NCBI GenBank assembly: GCA_020429745.1
Contig: JAGQKZ010000001.1
Coordinates: forward strand, 4,572 to 68,571
DNA length: 64,000 bases
Source: a candidate division WWE3 bacterium
GTDB taxonomy: Bacteria > Patescibacteriota > 4484-211 > GCA-002791395
Reading direction: 5' to 3'
The notes under the pieces are model-generated. The model worked only from the letters and a program-made list of their open reading frames with translations, did not search any database and was not told the origin of the DNA. Positions within the stretch are counted from its first letter, which is position 1. Each line of letters opens with the position of its first letter. Positions 1-9,919 of this stretch are shown here, piece by piece. The position numbers and the translations under genes were made by a program.

Positions 1-493
1 AACGAGTCAACTCGTTAACTAGATCGCGCTGATAAACCACCTTCTCCACGAACTGGTTGCTCTCAAACTCGTCGGCAACACCAGACAGAAAGCCCACATC
101 GTTAACGGATATCTCAAGCGATGCCGGCAAGATATCTGGGGTCACAAACTCCAAGAGCTCCGGCTCATCGGCATGCAGCGATCTGTAAATCTCGACCGCC
201 TGTTCCTTAGAAACGTAGCTGACGTTTGATATATAGCCGTTCTTTTCAAGCTCCTTCTTTATTTGCAGAATCTGATCGGGCTGTGCTTCATCTTTGAAGA
301 AGACCGTAACCTGAGGCTGGTTTTCAAAGTAGGTCAAGATCTTGGTGCTTGCAAGACCAGCAACGACAAAAAGCTCCGCCGCCAAAAACGTTATCGTAAG
401 TACCGCCACGATCAACAGTGCCTGAACTATGTTCCGACTGATGTGTTGAAGCGTATATTTAAATACCCGGCCAAAGCCGCTTAACTTTTCCAT
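1..493 (-). CDS. ftsX: Cell division permease FtsX, N-terminal part (gene runs off left edge)
   Basis: Reverse-strand translation from ATG at 491-493 gives MEKLSGFGRVFKYTLQHISRNIVQALLIVAVLTITFLAAELFVV..., a typical FtsX N-terminus; immediately downstream of ftsE in operon order. Confidence 0.65.
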   Translation of the reverse strand, partial: MEKLSGFGRVFKYTLQHISRNIVQALLIVAVLTITFLAAELFVVAGLASTKILTYFENQPQVTVFFKDEAQPDQILQIKKELEKNGYISNVSYVSKEQAVEIYRSLHADEPELLEFVTPDILPASLEISVNDVGFLSGVADEFESNQFVEKVVYQRDLVNELTR

Positions 494-494
494 G

Positions 495-1157
495 TTATTT
501 CTCTTCTAACCTACCGTCCTCAAGTTTTAGAACACGAGCCTTTTTCGCCTTTTTTATCAAGCCTTCATCGTGTGTCGCCATAATCACCGTTGTACCCCAG
601 TCGTTTATCTGTCTTAAGAGTTCGACTATCTGCTTAGCATTATCATAATCCAAATTACCTGTAGGTTCATCTGCAAGCAACACCTCCGGCTCGTGAACAA
701 GCGCTCGCGCAATCGCGACACGCTGCTGTTCGCCGGTCGACAACTCACGGGGATATGCACCCATGCGATCAGACAAACCAACCTTCTCAAGAAGATAAGG
801 CACGACCTCTTTAATCTCTTTCGAGTTTTTACCGGTGACCTCAAGCGCAAAGCTTACGTTCTCTTCAACGGTTTGCTGCTGTAGTAACTTAAAATCTTGG
901 AACACCATACCTATGCGTCGGCGTAACTGTGGAATCTTGTGCGCTGGTATTTTAACGACGTTCTCCTCTTTGTACCAGATATCACCACTCGTCGGCCGAT
1001 CTTCACGAATTAAAAAGCGTAAGAGTGTCGTCTTACCTGCACCGGAGGGTCCGATCAAGAAGACAAACTCCCCCTCTTCGATCTTCACCGACACATCCTC
1101 AACAGCGCGAACATCGCCCCCCTGATAGATTTTAGTTACGTTATCGTACGTGATCAT
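495..1157 (-). CDS. ftsE: Cell division ATP-binding protein FtsE (ABC ATPase)
   Basis: Walker A GPSGAGKTT, ABC signature LSTGEQQRVAIARAL, Walker B LLADEPTGNLD; 220 aa; upstream of ftsX. Confidence 0.9.
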   Translation of the reverse strand: MITYDNVTKIYQGGDVRAVEDVSVKIEEGEFVFLIGPSGAGKTTLLRFLIREDRPTSGDIWYKEENVVKIPAHKIPQLRRRIGMVFQDFKLLQQQTVEENVSFALEVTGKNSKEIKEVVPYLLEKVGLSDRMGAYPRELSTGEQQRVAIARALVHEPEVLLADEPTGNLDYDNAKQIVELLRQINDWGTTVIMATHDEGLIKKAKKARVLKLEDGRLEEK

Positions 1158-1242
1158 ATTTACGCCTCAGTAACAATATATCAAAATCCGAACCCTTAAA
1201 AAATAGTAGATTTGGCCAGCGATACAAGAGCACAAAGGAGAC

Positions 1243-1968
1243 TTACGGTTGCGGGGTCGTCTCCGCCTCGTCGACAACCGTCGGCTCGGGCGTAACCTCA
1301 GGTGTGACCTCAAGCGTGGGAGCAACAACGGTTGGCTCTTGCAGCCCCATAATCGAGACGAGATCCTCCTCTAGCTGCACACCGGCGTACTTCTGCCCAT
1401 TGATAAAGAACGTCGGGGTCGAGTTAACACCAAGCGAGTTAGCCGCGGACTTGTCGTCGGCAACGCGCTGCTGAACATCGGTAGAAGCAAAATCCGCTAC
1501 AAATTGATCGTGATCCAACTCGAATGCAGCATTAAACTTCTCATAGTAATACTCAGCGTTTACATCGGCCTCTTCCCAAACAGACTGGTTAGCAAAGAGC
1601 CAGTCAAAAGCCTCCCAGAACTTGCCTTGATTTCCAGCGGCCTCAGCAGCGTACGATGCAAAGTTGGAGTTAGTATGTTGAGGCAGGGGAAAGTGACGAT
1701 ACTCGAGTTTGACCTGATCACCGTACTTCTCCATAAACGAACGCATTAAAGGAGCAGCTGCGGCACAGGCAGGACATTGAAAATCGGAGAACTCGACGAT
1801 CGTGTTACTCGCATCCGGATTACCTTCCACATCACGCATCGCGCCTGTGGTTTGTGTTACGTCGACGTTGTCTGGATGGTCCAACAGCTGCGCTACACCG
1901 ACAATCCCCAGCAGAAGCACGACCGTACCAACGATTACTCCGATAGAAAGTTTGATATCATCCGTCAT
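1243..1968 (-). CDS. Membrane-anchored DsbA-like thiol-disulfide oxidoreductase (thioredoxin fold, CPAC active site) with PT-rich C-terminal tail
   Basis: N-terminal TM helix, FSDFQCPACAAAAP CxxC motif, DsbA-like downstream region, C-terminal TPEVTPEPT repeats. Confidence 0.7.
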   Translation of the reverse strand: MTDDIKLSIGVIVGTVVLLLGIVGVAQLLDHPDNVDVTQTTGAMRDVEGNPDASNTIVEFSDFQCPACAAAAPLMRSFMEKYGDQVKLEYRHFPLPQHTNSNFASYAAEAAGNQGKFWEAFDWLFANQSVWEEADVNAEYYYEKFNAAFELDHDQFVADFASTDVQQRVADDKSAANSLGVNSTPTFFINGQKYAGVQLEEDLVSIMGLQEPTVVAPTLEVTPEVTPEPTVVDEAETTPQP

Positions 1969-2009
1969 AGCGAACTTAAGTATATCAACAAAATCTCAAA
2001 CGTAAAGTT

Positions 2010-3086
2010 TTACTGCTTACTCTTTCTCGACCTACGGCGCTTGGGCTTTTTCCGGGACTTAATATACATAACAACGATTAGTAAACCACTACTTGTCCCA
2101 AGCCACACGCCCATAAACTCAAGCACCCGAATAAAGCTCGTTACGCCCGCTACGAAGATAAGAACCGGCGGCACGATGGCAAGGTACCACGCTCTGAGCG
2201 CGGGCATCTTAAAGTCATACTCAAAGGTATCCTTGATAACTCTTGTTAGTGTAATAAACGAACTAAACATCGCCAAGGTTCCCAAAATCGCCCCCACGGT
2301 AATGATGCCGGGATCCAAGAAGCGCAGTAGTCCCGTGATCGCGTCTTCGCTCGTAAGTGCACCAGAGACGCCAACCACCGTCATCTGGAAGATCCCGTAG
2401 ATAACCGCAGGAATTAGTGCACCAACAATACACGCTGCTAACAAATGCTTTTTGGTAAACCCGTTACCCTTGGCAAACTGGGTTAACTCCGGAATGACGG
2501 CGTACCCGGAGAGTGCACCAAATATAACCCCGTACGGCATTAGGAGTCCTGCTTCACCCCAGCCGAACGCCACGGCGAGATTGTGGACATCCAGGTGAGG
2601 TAATCCAACCGCCATAATCGCCACGACGATCATGACCATTCCGATCGTCAACCATGATTCGATCGCCGCTATTAGTTTGAGTCCACGCAGCGTGACGAAA
2701 GCGCCAACGACAACAAAAAGTATCGAGTACAGCGGTGCGTACCCTAGCTCAGTAAAGATAATCGAGAGAAACACACCTGAACCAATAATGTAGGCGAGCA
2801 GCGCCCCCCACTGACCAAACAGGATGACAAATAATGCGACGTAACGACCGGTATTACCGAGATACTCCTGCGCGTAACCAACAAACTGGCGAGGCTTTTT
2901 ATATCGGCTGTTTAAGATCGACAGTGCGTATAAGACGTTGATGACACAGACTACTATAGTCAATACGATCAGCCAGGCTAGACCGATCGGGTAACCCACC
3001 TTTGCCGTCGCATAGGGAATACCAAAGATGCCAGCACCTATCGTCGTACCTGCCAAAAGAAAGACCGCTTCCCAGAATCTCTTCAT
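2010..3086 (-). CDS. Amino acid permease, aromatic amino acid (HAAAP/TnaB-Mtr-TyrP-like) family
   Basis: Polytopic membrane protein; N-terminal GTTIGAGIFGIPYATAKVGY motif resembles the Trp/Tyr permease family; basic C-terminal tail. Confidence 0.5.
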   Translation of the reverse strand: MKRFWEAVFLLAGTTIGAGIFGIPYATAKVGYPIGLAWLIVLTIVVCVINVLYALSILNSRYKKPRQFVGYAQEYLGNTGRYVALFVILFGQWGALLAYIIGSGVFLSIIFTELGYAPLYSILFVVVGAFVTLRGLKLIAAIESWLTIGMVMIVVAIMAVGLPHLDVHNLAVAFGWGEAGLLMPYGVIFGALSGYAVIPELTQFAKGNGFTKKHLLAACIVGALIPAVIYGIFQMTVVGVSGALTSEDAITGLLRFLDPGIITVGAILGTLAMFSSFITLTRVIKDTFEYDFKMPALRAWYLAIVPPVLIFVAGVTSFIRVLEFMGVWLGTSSGLLIVVMYIKSRKKPKRRRSRKSKQ

Positions 3087-3149
3087 CTATCAATCATCAT
3101 AGCCAAAAACAACAAGCAATAAAAGACTTAATTCTGTTACTATTAAGAT

Positions 3150-4079
3150 ATGAAGAAACAGAAGTCGGTAGTGCTCGTGATGGTCATCGCCCTTATCTGG
3201 ACCTTTGGGCTTGGTTATGCGACCCATTGGCTTTTCAACCCGAAATCTGGAACTCCCAATATTTACCCCACGCCGACACCAACACAAAGCGGACACAACG
3301 AATACGACCTACTACTGGCAACCACCTCCGATCCTCCAATGATCTACTACATCGATCACTTCGAATACGATTTCGGTTACGGGTCGACGTACATGTACTA
3401 CTCTACATTCAACGACACACTGTCGCGGATTAATATCCCCACCGATGCACTCACAATTTATGACACAAACGACGGCAATCGCGACACAGTAAGCGTTACA
3501 GGTGGTTTTGACACAGAGCTTGGGAGCATAAACATCAACATACCCGAGATCGCTCTTACAATGACGGTACGTTCAGGGGACGTCTATACAAAGTTTGGCG
3601 GCAGCACAAAAGAGGCAACTGGAGAGATTAGTATTAACGGCGAAGAACCCATGAACGTATACGCTGCCTTGTTAAAGGGCGGCAGTAGCAACTACCCTGA
3701 CGTAGACGTCTACAAACTCGGCGTGAGAACCGACTGGCTGATGTATTGGGATAAAGATTGGAACTTCTACCATCTCGATAAAACTAGTGTTAACGTTGAA
3801 AACGACAACTATCTACCACACGAATTTTTTAGCCGCATTAATAGCCAGGGCGATTCCAAGGTTACCCGTGTCGACTACCTAGAAGGATTCCAAATATCCA
3901 CATTTCTTGAGAAGATAACGATCACTCAACCTTCCCTAGGGACAGATACAGATATTATGAATCTAAAGAGGTTGGAAACCGTAAGCCGTCCTTATTACGA
4001 AGACGTTTCCGCACTTTCAACGATCAAGAATGAGAACGGTGAAGGCGTTGGGGTTTACATTATTCTCAACACACGTTAG
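3150..4079 (+). CDS. Secreted/anchored hypothetical protein
   Basis: N-terminal hydrophobic signal/anchor, PTPTPT linker, no recognisable catalytic motifs. Confidence 0.5.
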   Translation: MKKQKSVVLVMVIALIWTFGLGYATHWLFNPKSGTPNIYPTPTPTQSGHNEYDLLLATTSDPPMIYYIDHFEYDFGYGSTYMYYSTFNDTLSRINIPTDALTIYDTNDGNRDTVSVTGGFDTELGSININIPEIALTMTVRSGDVYTKFGGSTKEATGEISINGEEPMNVYAALLKGGSSNYPDVDVYKLGVRTDWLMYWDKDWNFYHLDKTSVNVENDNYLPHEFFSRINSQGDSKVTRVDYLEGFQISTFLEKITITQPSLGTDTDIMNLKRLETVSRPYYEDVSALSTIKNENGEGVGVYIILNTR

Positions 4080-4648
4080 CGCAATCCCACCGTCGCATAA
4101 ACAAGCAAAGCTGTGATGCCAAGCGCTCCGATTACGAACGAGATCAAGAAAGAGATCGTTACGACTCGCTTCAACTCCACCCTTCTCTTGCCGAAGTGAA
4201 CATAGATGAAATAAACGGCGAAAACAGGCACAAACAAGGCCACCGTTAAGGCGCTTGTATCTACAACAAAGATCTTAAGTAATTGCCAAAGCACGTCTTG
4301 GGTCTGGACCTGTGGCCTGAACCCGGCGTCTACTGCAGAATCATTTCGTGTCATCTGTTCATTCAACGAACGACTATTTAATAACAAATCGCTACCGACA
4401 ATCTTCGCTAATACCCCGATCGTCAGTGTGATAATAGCAAGAATTACTAAAGTGATGACTATCGACCGCCTCCAGTCCTTTTTAAACATCCGCACCAAAA
4501 AAGCAAGCGGGACGGCGAGTACGGAAATTACCAAACCAATGATATGGATTAAAGATACTGCAACGATCGGCACCCCAACGACCAGTGCGTCTGCGTAATC
4601 CGGAAAGATCATCACACCAAACACAACAAGGATCAATACATAAATCAT
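4076..4648 (-). CDS. Hypothetical integral membrane protein
   Basis: Several predicted TM helices, 190 aa, convergent 4-nt overlap with preceding gene. Confidence 0.45.
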   Translation of the reverse strand: MIYVLILVVFGVMIFPDYADALVVGVPIVAVSLIHIIGLVISVLAVPLAFLVRMFKKDWRRSIVITLVILAIITLTIGVLAKIVGSDLLLNSRSLNEQMTRNDSAVDAGFRPQVQTQDVLWQLLKIFVVDTSALTVALFVPVFAVYFIYVHFGKRRVELKRVVTISFLISFVIGALGITALLVYATVGLR

Positions 4649-4677
4649 ATGTTTTAGTATAAACTAATTAAGTAGCG

Positions 4678-6018
4678 ATGCGCATTCAAACAAACGTCGA
4701 TCCACAAAAAACATACGTCGCCGGACGCGCCGGCGAGATCGCCGATTACGCAAATCCATTGACCTATTCGCTCCTTGAGAAGATCTTTGGGTTCAACGGC
4801 CCGTATCGACAGGTTTTAAGTGAGTACGGTGTTGGTGACGAATACGTCAACGACAACTACCTTCTCAATATTCACGGCCGCATTTACTCGGATATGGAAA
4901 AAGAGAACACCATCTTGTGGGAACCGTCCGGAATGAAATTAGTAATTAAAAACGGACTCCCCCGCGTCGTGACACACATCTTCACCAAACAGTTTCCCAA
5001 AAACATCAAGCGATTAATGCAAAAAACAAAAAACGAGATCGACATTATGGCAAGACCTGCAAAATATACGAAGGTCGCAGACGAACACTACAAGAAGCTA
5101 TCGGAGATAGCCGAGAAAACCTACACCGAAAAATCGATCGAGCTCCACGATTTTTTAAAGGCATACCAACACGTTGTGCATATAGCCTACATCTACGAGC
5201 TGCTTTACCAGCTGCACCCGACGATTAACGTCAAACTTCCAATGGCGGCTAAACAATATGTATGGAAGCAGGATTATCTCAATCACGTCGTCGACGGCAT
5301 GATCGAACACGCGTTCTTCCAACGAGGGTATTCGCTGGGGAGTCTTGCCGATATTCGCCCGAGCGCCACGAGCTTTGTTCCTGATCAGATCGCCGATCCC
5401 CCAGAGACTACGAAGAATCTAGGTCCCGTATTAAAGCTGCAGGTTTTGCGCAACAACGCAAGGTTGAAGGTACAGCTGCTTCTTTATTACCTCAACGCCA
5501 AGCTGCTAAACAAGGCGCTTAAATACCACATGACGGAGTTCGGATTCTTAACTATCGACGAGGTGAATATTCTTGACAAGACTACGGTTGAGCATCTCTC
5601 TACCGTCATTCAAGACCGGAGGAACTATTACGAACAAGGCAAGGAGTTCGTGCTCCCGTTGATTATTCAAAACGGCCTAGTGAGCAAAGGCGACGCCAAA
5701 GAAACGGAGCCGTCTAAATGGTTTGGCACGCCATGTTCCGGAGGATATGTAGAAGGGGCACTTTCGGTCGTCAACAACGTCGACGAGGAGATTACTACAG
5801 AGATCATCATGTTACCTAACGCCTCCCCGCTTTACACAATCTACTATAAAAAAGCAAAGGGATTGATCTTCCAAACGGGATCGCCGCTATCACATGGGGC
5901 AATCGTTGCACGCGAGATGGGGGTGCCTGCACTGGTACTAGATGCAGACCTGACAAAATTCAACCGTCGTCGATTTCACCTCGACGGCAACACGGGCACG
6001 CTAAGCCTACTTTCGTAA
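4678..6018 (+). CDS. PEP-utilising enzyme mobile (swivel phosphohistidine) domain protein; putative phosphotransferase
   Basis: C-terminal GSPLSHGAIVAREMGVPALV matches the phosphohistidine swivel domain of PEP synthase/PPDK/rifampin phosphotransferase; N-terminal 340 aa non-canonical. Confidence 0.55.
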   Translation: MRIQTNVDPQKTYVAGRAGEIADYANPLTYSLLEKIFGFNGPYRQVLSEYGVGDEYVNDNYLLNIHGRIYSDMEKENTILWEPSGMKLVIKNGLPRVVTHIFTKQFPKNIKRLMQKTKNEIDIMARPAKYTKVADEHYKKLSEIAEKTYTEKSIELHDFLKAYQHVVHIAYIYELLYQLHPTINVKLPMAAKQYVWKQDYLNHVVDGMIEHAFFQRGYSLGSLADIRPSATSFVPDQIADPPETTKNLGPVLKLQVLRNNARLKVQLLLYYLNAKLLNKALKYHMTEFGFLTIDEVNILDKTTVEHLSTVIQDRRNYYEQGKEFVLPLIIQNGLVSKGDAKETEPSKWFGTPCSGGYVEGALSVVNNVDEEITTEIIMLPNASPLYTIYYKKAKGLIFQTGSPLSHGAIVAREMGVPALVLDADLTKFNRRRFHLDGNTGTLSLLS

Positions 6019-6070
6019 TCAGCACCAAACATCGACTACTCTTTAGAGCTACTTGAGACTGACCGGTGCA

Positions 6071-6093
6071 GAGAATTGCTCAACACAATTCTC
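6071..6093. terminator. Hairpin (8-bp stem gagaattg/caattctc, 7-nt loop) between convergent genes
   Basis: Seen directly in sequence; no strong U-tract. Confidence 0.3.
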
Positions 6094-6145
6094 CCAATTT
6101 AGAGTTAGAAACCTATTAAATCTAAACAGAACTGACTGCAAATTC

Positions 6146-6340
6146 TTATTCGAGATGCGCCTTAATTAACCTCTCGAGTTCTTCGATGTGCTGCTCTTTA
6201 TCGCTAATCATCCCCTGCCAGAACTCCTTGCACTGTGTACAGTCCTCCGCGTCATCTAGGTACATGTTCTTGATACGCCATAAGCTTTTGTGCTCCTGTA
6301 CCATCTGATTCAGTAAATTAAACTTGTGATTATCCATCAT
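6146..6340 (-). CDS. Small hypothetical protein (64 aa, CTQC motif)
   Basis: Strong SD AAAGGAGGTGA 7 nt upstream of ATG; charged helical protein. Confidence 0.4.
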   Translation of the reverse strand: MMDNHKFNLLNQMVQEHKSLWRIKNMYLDDAEDCTQCKEFWQGMISDKEQHIEELERLIKAHLE

Positions 6341-6402
6341 TTCGAACTCACCTCCTTTACTATTAACTATATTTTACTACCGTTACTCTTCGACCACGCA
6401 AC

Positions 6403-6975
6403 ATGATGTATACTAAACTTAACATGCAGGATGAACAGGCGACATTTGGTATGGGATGTTTCTGGTGTAGCGAGGCAATCTTTCAAAGACTCCGCGGGGT
6501 AAAAAAGGTAGTCTCTGGGTACGCTGGTGGCGAACAAGTGGATCCAGACTACGAACAGGTAGCAACGGGACGCACCGGCTACGTCGAGTGCGTTCAGATC
6601 TCGTTTGATCCTGAGGTTATATCCTACGCTGAGCTTCTGGATGTTTTCTGGCATCTTCATGACCCAACACAGGCAGATGGTCAGGGCAACGATATCGGCT
6701 CTCAGTATCGTTCCGTGATCTTTTACCACTCAGATGAGCAAAAAGACGCCGCGTTAACATCAAAAAAGCAACTCGAAAAAGATGGTGAGTTTGCACAAAC
6801 TATCGCTACCGGGATTGAGCCCTTTGCCAAGTTCTACCCCGCCGAGGACTATCATCAAAACTACTACAACGACAATCAGGACAAAATGTACTGCAAACTC
6901 GTAATCGATCCGAAGATTAAAAAACTCATCGAGAAGTACTCTGAGAAGATGACCGCCGCGCCGACAGAACCTTAA
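6403..6975 (+). CDS. msrA: Peptide methionine sulfoxide reductase MsrA (start may be at 6424)
   Basis: ATFGMGCFWCSEA active-site motif, GYAGG, QYRSVIFY motifs. Confidence 0.9.
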   Translation: MMYTKLNMQDEQATFGMGCFWCSEAIFQRLRGVKKVVSGYAGGEQVDPDYEQVATGRTGYVECVQISFDPEVISYAELLDVFWHLHDPTQADGQGNDIGSQYRSVIFYHSDEQKDAALTSKKQLEKDGEFAQTIATGIEPFAKFYPAEDYHQNYYNDNQDKMYCKLVIDPKIKKLIEKYSEKMTAAPTEP

Positions 6976-8117
6976 ACACCGCTTACAACGATAACGTGGT
7001 CGGGATCAACACCGATCTTGTCTTTTCGAAAATCGTCGAGCATCTGCAAAGACAAAGCATCCACAGCGTTCTGGACCTCCTCCGGCTCAACGTAGTTGCC
7101 ATCACCAAATACCGTCTCCTGCCAAGAACGATTAAAGTCGCGTTCCAGAGAGTTGCCCAACCATCTTTTAACCTCGGCGTTGCCTTTTCCTATCATCTCG
7201 TCAAAGAGTTCCCGTTTCGGATCAAGTTCGCTAATATCAAGCTGCATGCCATTAACGATCGTCTCCTTCACCTCGTCAACGAGTTCCGGAAAAGTCTGAC
7301 AGGAAAATACGTAGTAGGTGCGACCATATGCTACCGGATCAACCAGGAGGTCAAGAGTATAGACATGTCCGGTCTTTGAAAGATGCTCGAACAAGACATC
7401 ATGATATATAGCAAGTAAGATGCTTGCTGTTTGGTACTCAACAACGTTAGAAAGCTGCAAGGTATAGATGAACTCGCAGTGCACCAACGTATCGTCCTCG
7501 TAAATCTCAACTATCTCCTTCTCAACCGGGCGTATCTCATCAACCTTTATCGGCTTCGCATTTCCGTTGTTTAGCTGAGAGAATATCTTTTTGGTAACGC
7601 TGCGATGTTTGCGCACCTCGGGCGTATGCAGGATAACGGTCTTGGGACGCACACGCAATAGGTCAAACACATCCACAATCTCATCATTTGCGATCGTGCC
7701 TATTCCACGGTAAAGAGTAAAAAGATCGTTGACGTTACTCACACCGTAATCAAGAAGTTGCGCGAAGATATCACGGCGTCGCATCAGGTTAGACAAGACC
7801 TCGATCTCGGTAGACGGCTTAGCCTGTTCAATCTCCTCAACGCTCGGTTGCACTTGAAACAGCGTGTTAACAACGGAGTTCATTATCTCTTCGGTGATGG
7901 ACTCTTTTAGTGCGACCTCGATCGTGTACTGATTGAAACCTGAAAACACCTCACAATGTCGCTTGTAAACAAACGGTAGCTTATCAAGTCTTTGCGAATG
8001 AATATGATCGATTACGTGCACGTGTCGATGCTCGTGAATATTAAAGGGTATCTCGATGTATAGATAAGATAACTCACCGGTCTGTTTTGAGATCAAAAAG
8101 TCGTCTACTGCTTTCAC
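6972..8117 (-). CDS. Hypothetical cytoplasmic protein, His-rich N-terminal region (NIHEHRHVHVIDHIH)
   Basis: 381-aa ORF, coupled (9-nt gap) to upstream dehydrogenase gene; no confident family assignment. Confidence 0.5.
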   Translation of the reverse strand: MKAVDDFLISKQTGELSYLYIEIPFNIHEHRHVHVIDHIHSQRLDKLPFVYKRHCEVFSGFNQYTIEVALKESITEEIMNSVVNTLFQVQPSVEEIEQAKPSTEIEVLSNLMRRRDIFAQLLDYGVSNVNDLFTLYRGIGTIANDEIVDVFDLLRVRPKTVILHTPEVRKHRSVTKKIFSQLNNGNAKPIKVDEIRPVEKEIVEIYEDDTLVHCEFIYTLQLSNVVEYQTASILLAIYHDVLFEHLSKTGHVYTLDLLVDPVAYGRTYYVFSCQTFPELVDEVKETIVNGMQLDISELDPKRELFDEMIGKGNAEVKRWLGNSLERDFNRSWQETVFGDGNYVEPEEVQNAVDALSLQMLDDFRKDKIGVDPDHVIVVSGV

Positions 8118-8124
8118 GTCTTAT

Positions 8125-9126
8125 TTAGGAAACGAGGTTTTGCGGCTCACCCGCAGCAAAGGCGTTAATATTATCAGCTGTGGCCTGAAGAATTCGCGTT
8201 ACCGCTTCAATGCTGTTGAAGGCGTTGTGCGGCGTAACGACAACGTTCTCCATCTCCATTAATATATGATCCTCAAGTAAGGTCAGTAGCTGCTCTTTGT
8301 ACTCCGGCTTGCCGACAAGCTCCATCTCTTCGGTTAAGAACTCTTCCCCCTCAAGTACGTCTAAGCCAGCCCCGCCAAGCTTGTCATCACGCAACGCCTG
8401 CACCAGCGCATCGGTCTCGATCAGACCACCACGAGCCGTGTTAATAATCAATGCACCATCCTTCATCTTTGCGATCGAGTCGGCGTTTATTATGTGTTCC
8501 GTGTGTGGATTTAATGGAAGATGCAGGCTAACGACATCGCTTTTTGCCAGAAGTTCATCCATCTCCGCGTAAGTAAAACCGATCTCAGCGGCAAGCGCGT
8601 CATCATGTTTGAGATCAAAGACCAAAACGTTCATGTTAAAACCGACACTCATGCGCGCCATATTGATACCGATGTGGCCACCGCCGATTATTCCGATCGT
8701 TTTGTCTTTCAAGTCGAAACCGCGCAAACCCTCGTAATTAAACCTCCCGTCTTCAATCCGTGCAAAAGACTGAGGTAGTTTCCGCGAGAGTGAAAGAAGC
8801 AGGGCGAACGCATGTTCAGCTACGGTATTCTCTCCGTAAAAAGGAACGTTGGAAACATTGATACCCTTTTCCTTTGCGACGCTCAGATCGACGTGATCGA
8901 AACCCGTTGAGCGCGTAGCGATATATTTCAGATTAGGAAGCGCATTAATAATATCGGGCGTCACCTTGCTCGTTACAAAAACCGAGAGCACATCACAATC
9001 CGAATTTTGTGCCGCTACCTCCGCGGTCACCTCACCTGGAATCAATACGACGTCATGATCCTTGAGGTTGGCTTTAAGAAAATCACCCTGCCAGTCCTCT
9101 GTGTTGTCGCAAATAAGTATCTTCAT
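8125..9126 (-). CDS. D-isomer-specific 2-hydroxyacid dehydrogenase (NAD-binding; D-lactate/phosphoglycerate dehydrogenase family)
   Basis: GGGHIGINMARM Rossmann motif, catalytic R/E/H region ARGGLIETDAL...VVTPHNAF. Confidence 0.85.
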   Translation of the reverse strand: MKILICDNTEDWQGDFLKANLKDHDVVLIPGEVTAEVAAQNSDCDVLSVFVTSKVTPDIINALPNLKYIATRSTGFDHVDLSVAKEKGINVSNVPFYGENTVAEHAFALLLSLSRKLPQSFARIEDGRFNYEGLRGFDLKDKTIGIIGGGHIGINMARMSVGFNMNVLVFDLKHDDALAAEIGFTYAEMDELLAKSDVVSLHLPLNPHTEHIINADSIAKMKDGALIINTARGGLIETDALVQALRDDKLGGAGLDVLEGEEFLTEEMELVGKPEYKEQLLTLLEDHILMEMENVVVTPHNAFNSIEAVTRILQATADNINAFAAGEPQNLVS

Positions 9127-9148
9127 AGCTTAAGTAAGAATAACATAC

Positions 9149-9919
9149 TCAGTTCTGGGCGGAAACGATCTCGTCTATCGCTGTCGTGAACTCCTCGTAA
9201 GACGGAGCCAAACCCACAAGCGGCTTTCCGTTAACGAAGAATGCGGGTGTACCAACGATCCCAAGACTATCCGCCTCGTTAAAATCGTTCGTTACGTAAT
9301 CACCGTACTTCTCATCATCAAAACACTGTCTGAACTCCTTAACATCAAATCCCAACCCCTTGACGATATCCGCAAACACCTCATGATCTTTAATCCAGTC
9401 GGACTGTCTTGCAAACGCCTCTTTTACAAAGTCAAAGAACGCATCGTTACCGTTTTGTTCGTAAACGCAGCTCGCCGCATTGGCCGCAGGGAAGGAGTTT
9501 ACATGCACCTCCAGAGGAAAATCTTTAACCACGTAGCGCATCTTCCCGGTATCGATGTAATCCTTTTTCAGCTGTTCAAAGTAGTTTTCATGGAAGACCT
9601 TACAGTACGGACATTCAAGATCAAGATACTCAACGACGTAGATCGGTGCGTTTAAATCTCCTAACGCCGGATTTCCGTCTTCAGCAATCTGCGCTGGATC
9701 AGCGTTGAAGTCGCGCACCTTCTCAGGGTCACCGTGCACGTCGTTTGTTAACTTCGGCGTGGGAGTCGGGGAAGCTGCCAACGTCTCATCCTGCATCCCC
9801 TGTACGCGATTTTCGTCTCTGGCCTTAATGCCAAAAGCAACACCCGTGCCGACAAGCCCTAGGGCGACAATAAGCGAGACAGCCAGTGTCAGTATGTCGT
9901 GATTAGACTTCGACTTCAT
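9149..9919 (-). CDS. Membrane-anchored DsbA-like thiol-disulfide oxidoreductase (CPYC active site), second paralog
   Basis: N-terminal TM, LECPYCKVFHE CxxC motif, thioredoxin-fold context. Confidence 0.7.
   Translation of the reverse strand: MKSKSNHDILTLAVSLIVALGLVGTGVAFGIKARDENRVQGMQDETLAASPTPTPKLTNDVHGDPEKVRDFNADPAQIAEDGNPALGDLNAPIYVVEYLDLECPYCKVFHENYFEQLKKDYIDTGKMRYVVKDFPLEVHVNSFPAANAASCVYEQNGNDAFFDFVKEAFARQSDWIKDHEVFADIVKGLGFDVKEFRQCFDDEKYGDYVTNDFNEADSLGIVGTPAFFVNGKPLVGLAPSYEEFTTAIDEIVSAQN

Noticed and set aside
626-1125. ORFs 626-850(-), 693-884(+), 835-1125(+) inside ftsE
   Set aside because: They are antisense or out-of-frame to a well-supported ABC ATPase gene, and the proteins are low-complexity.
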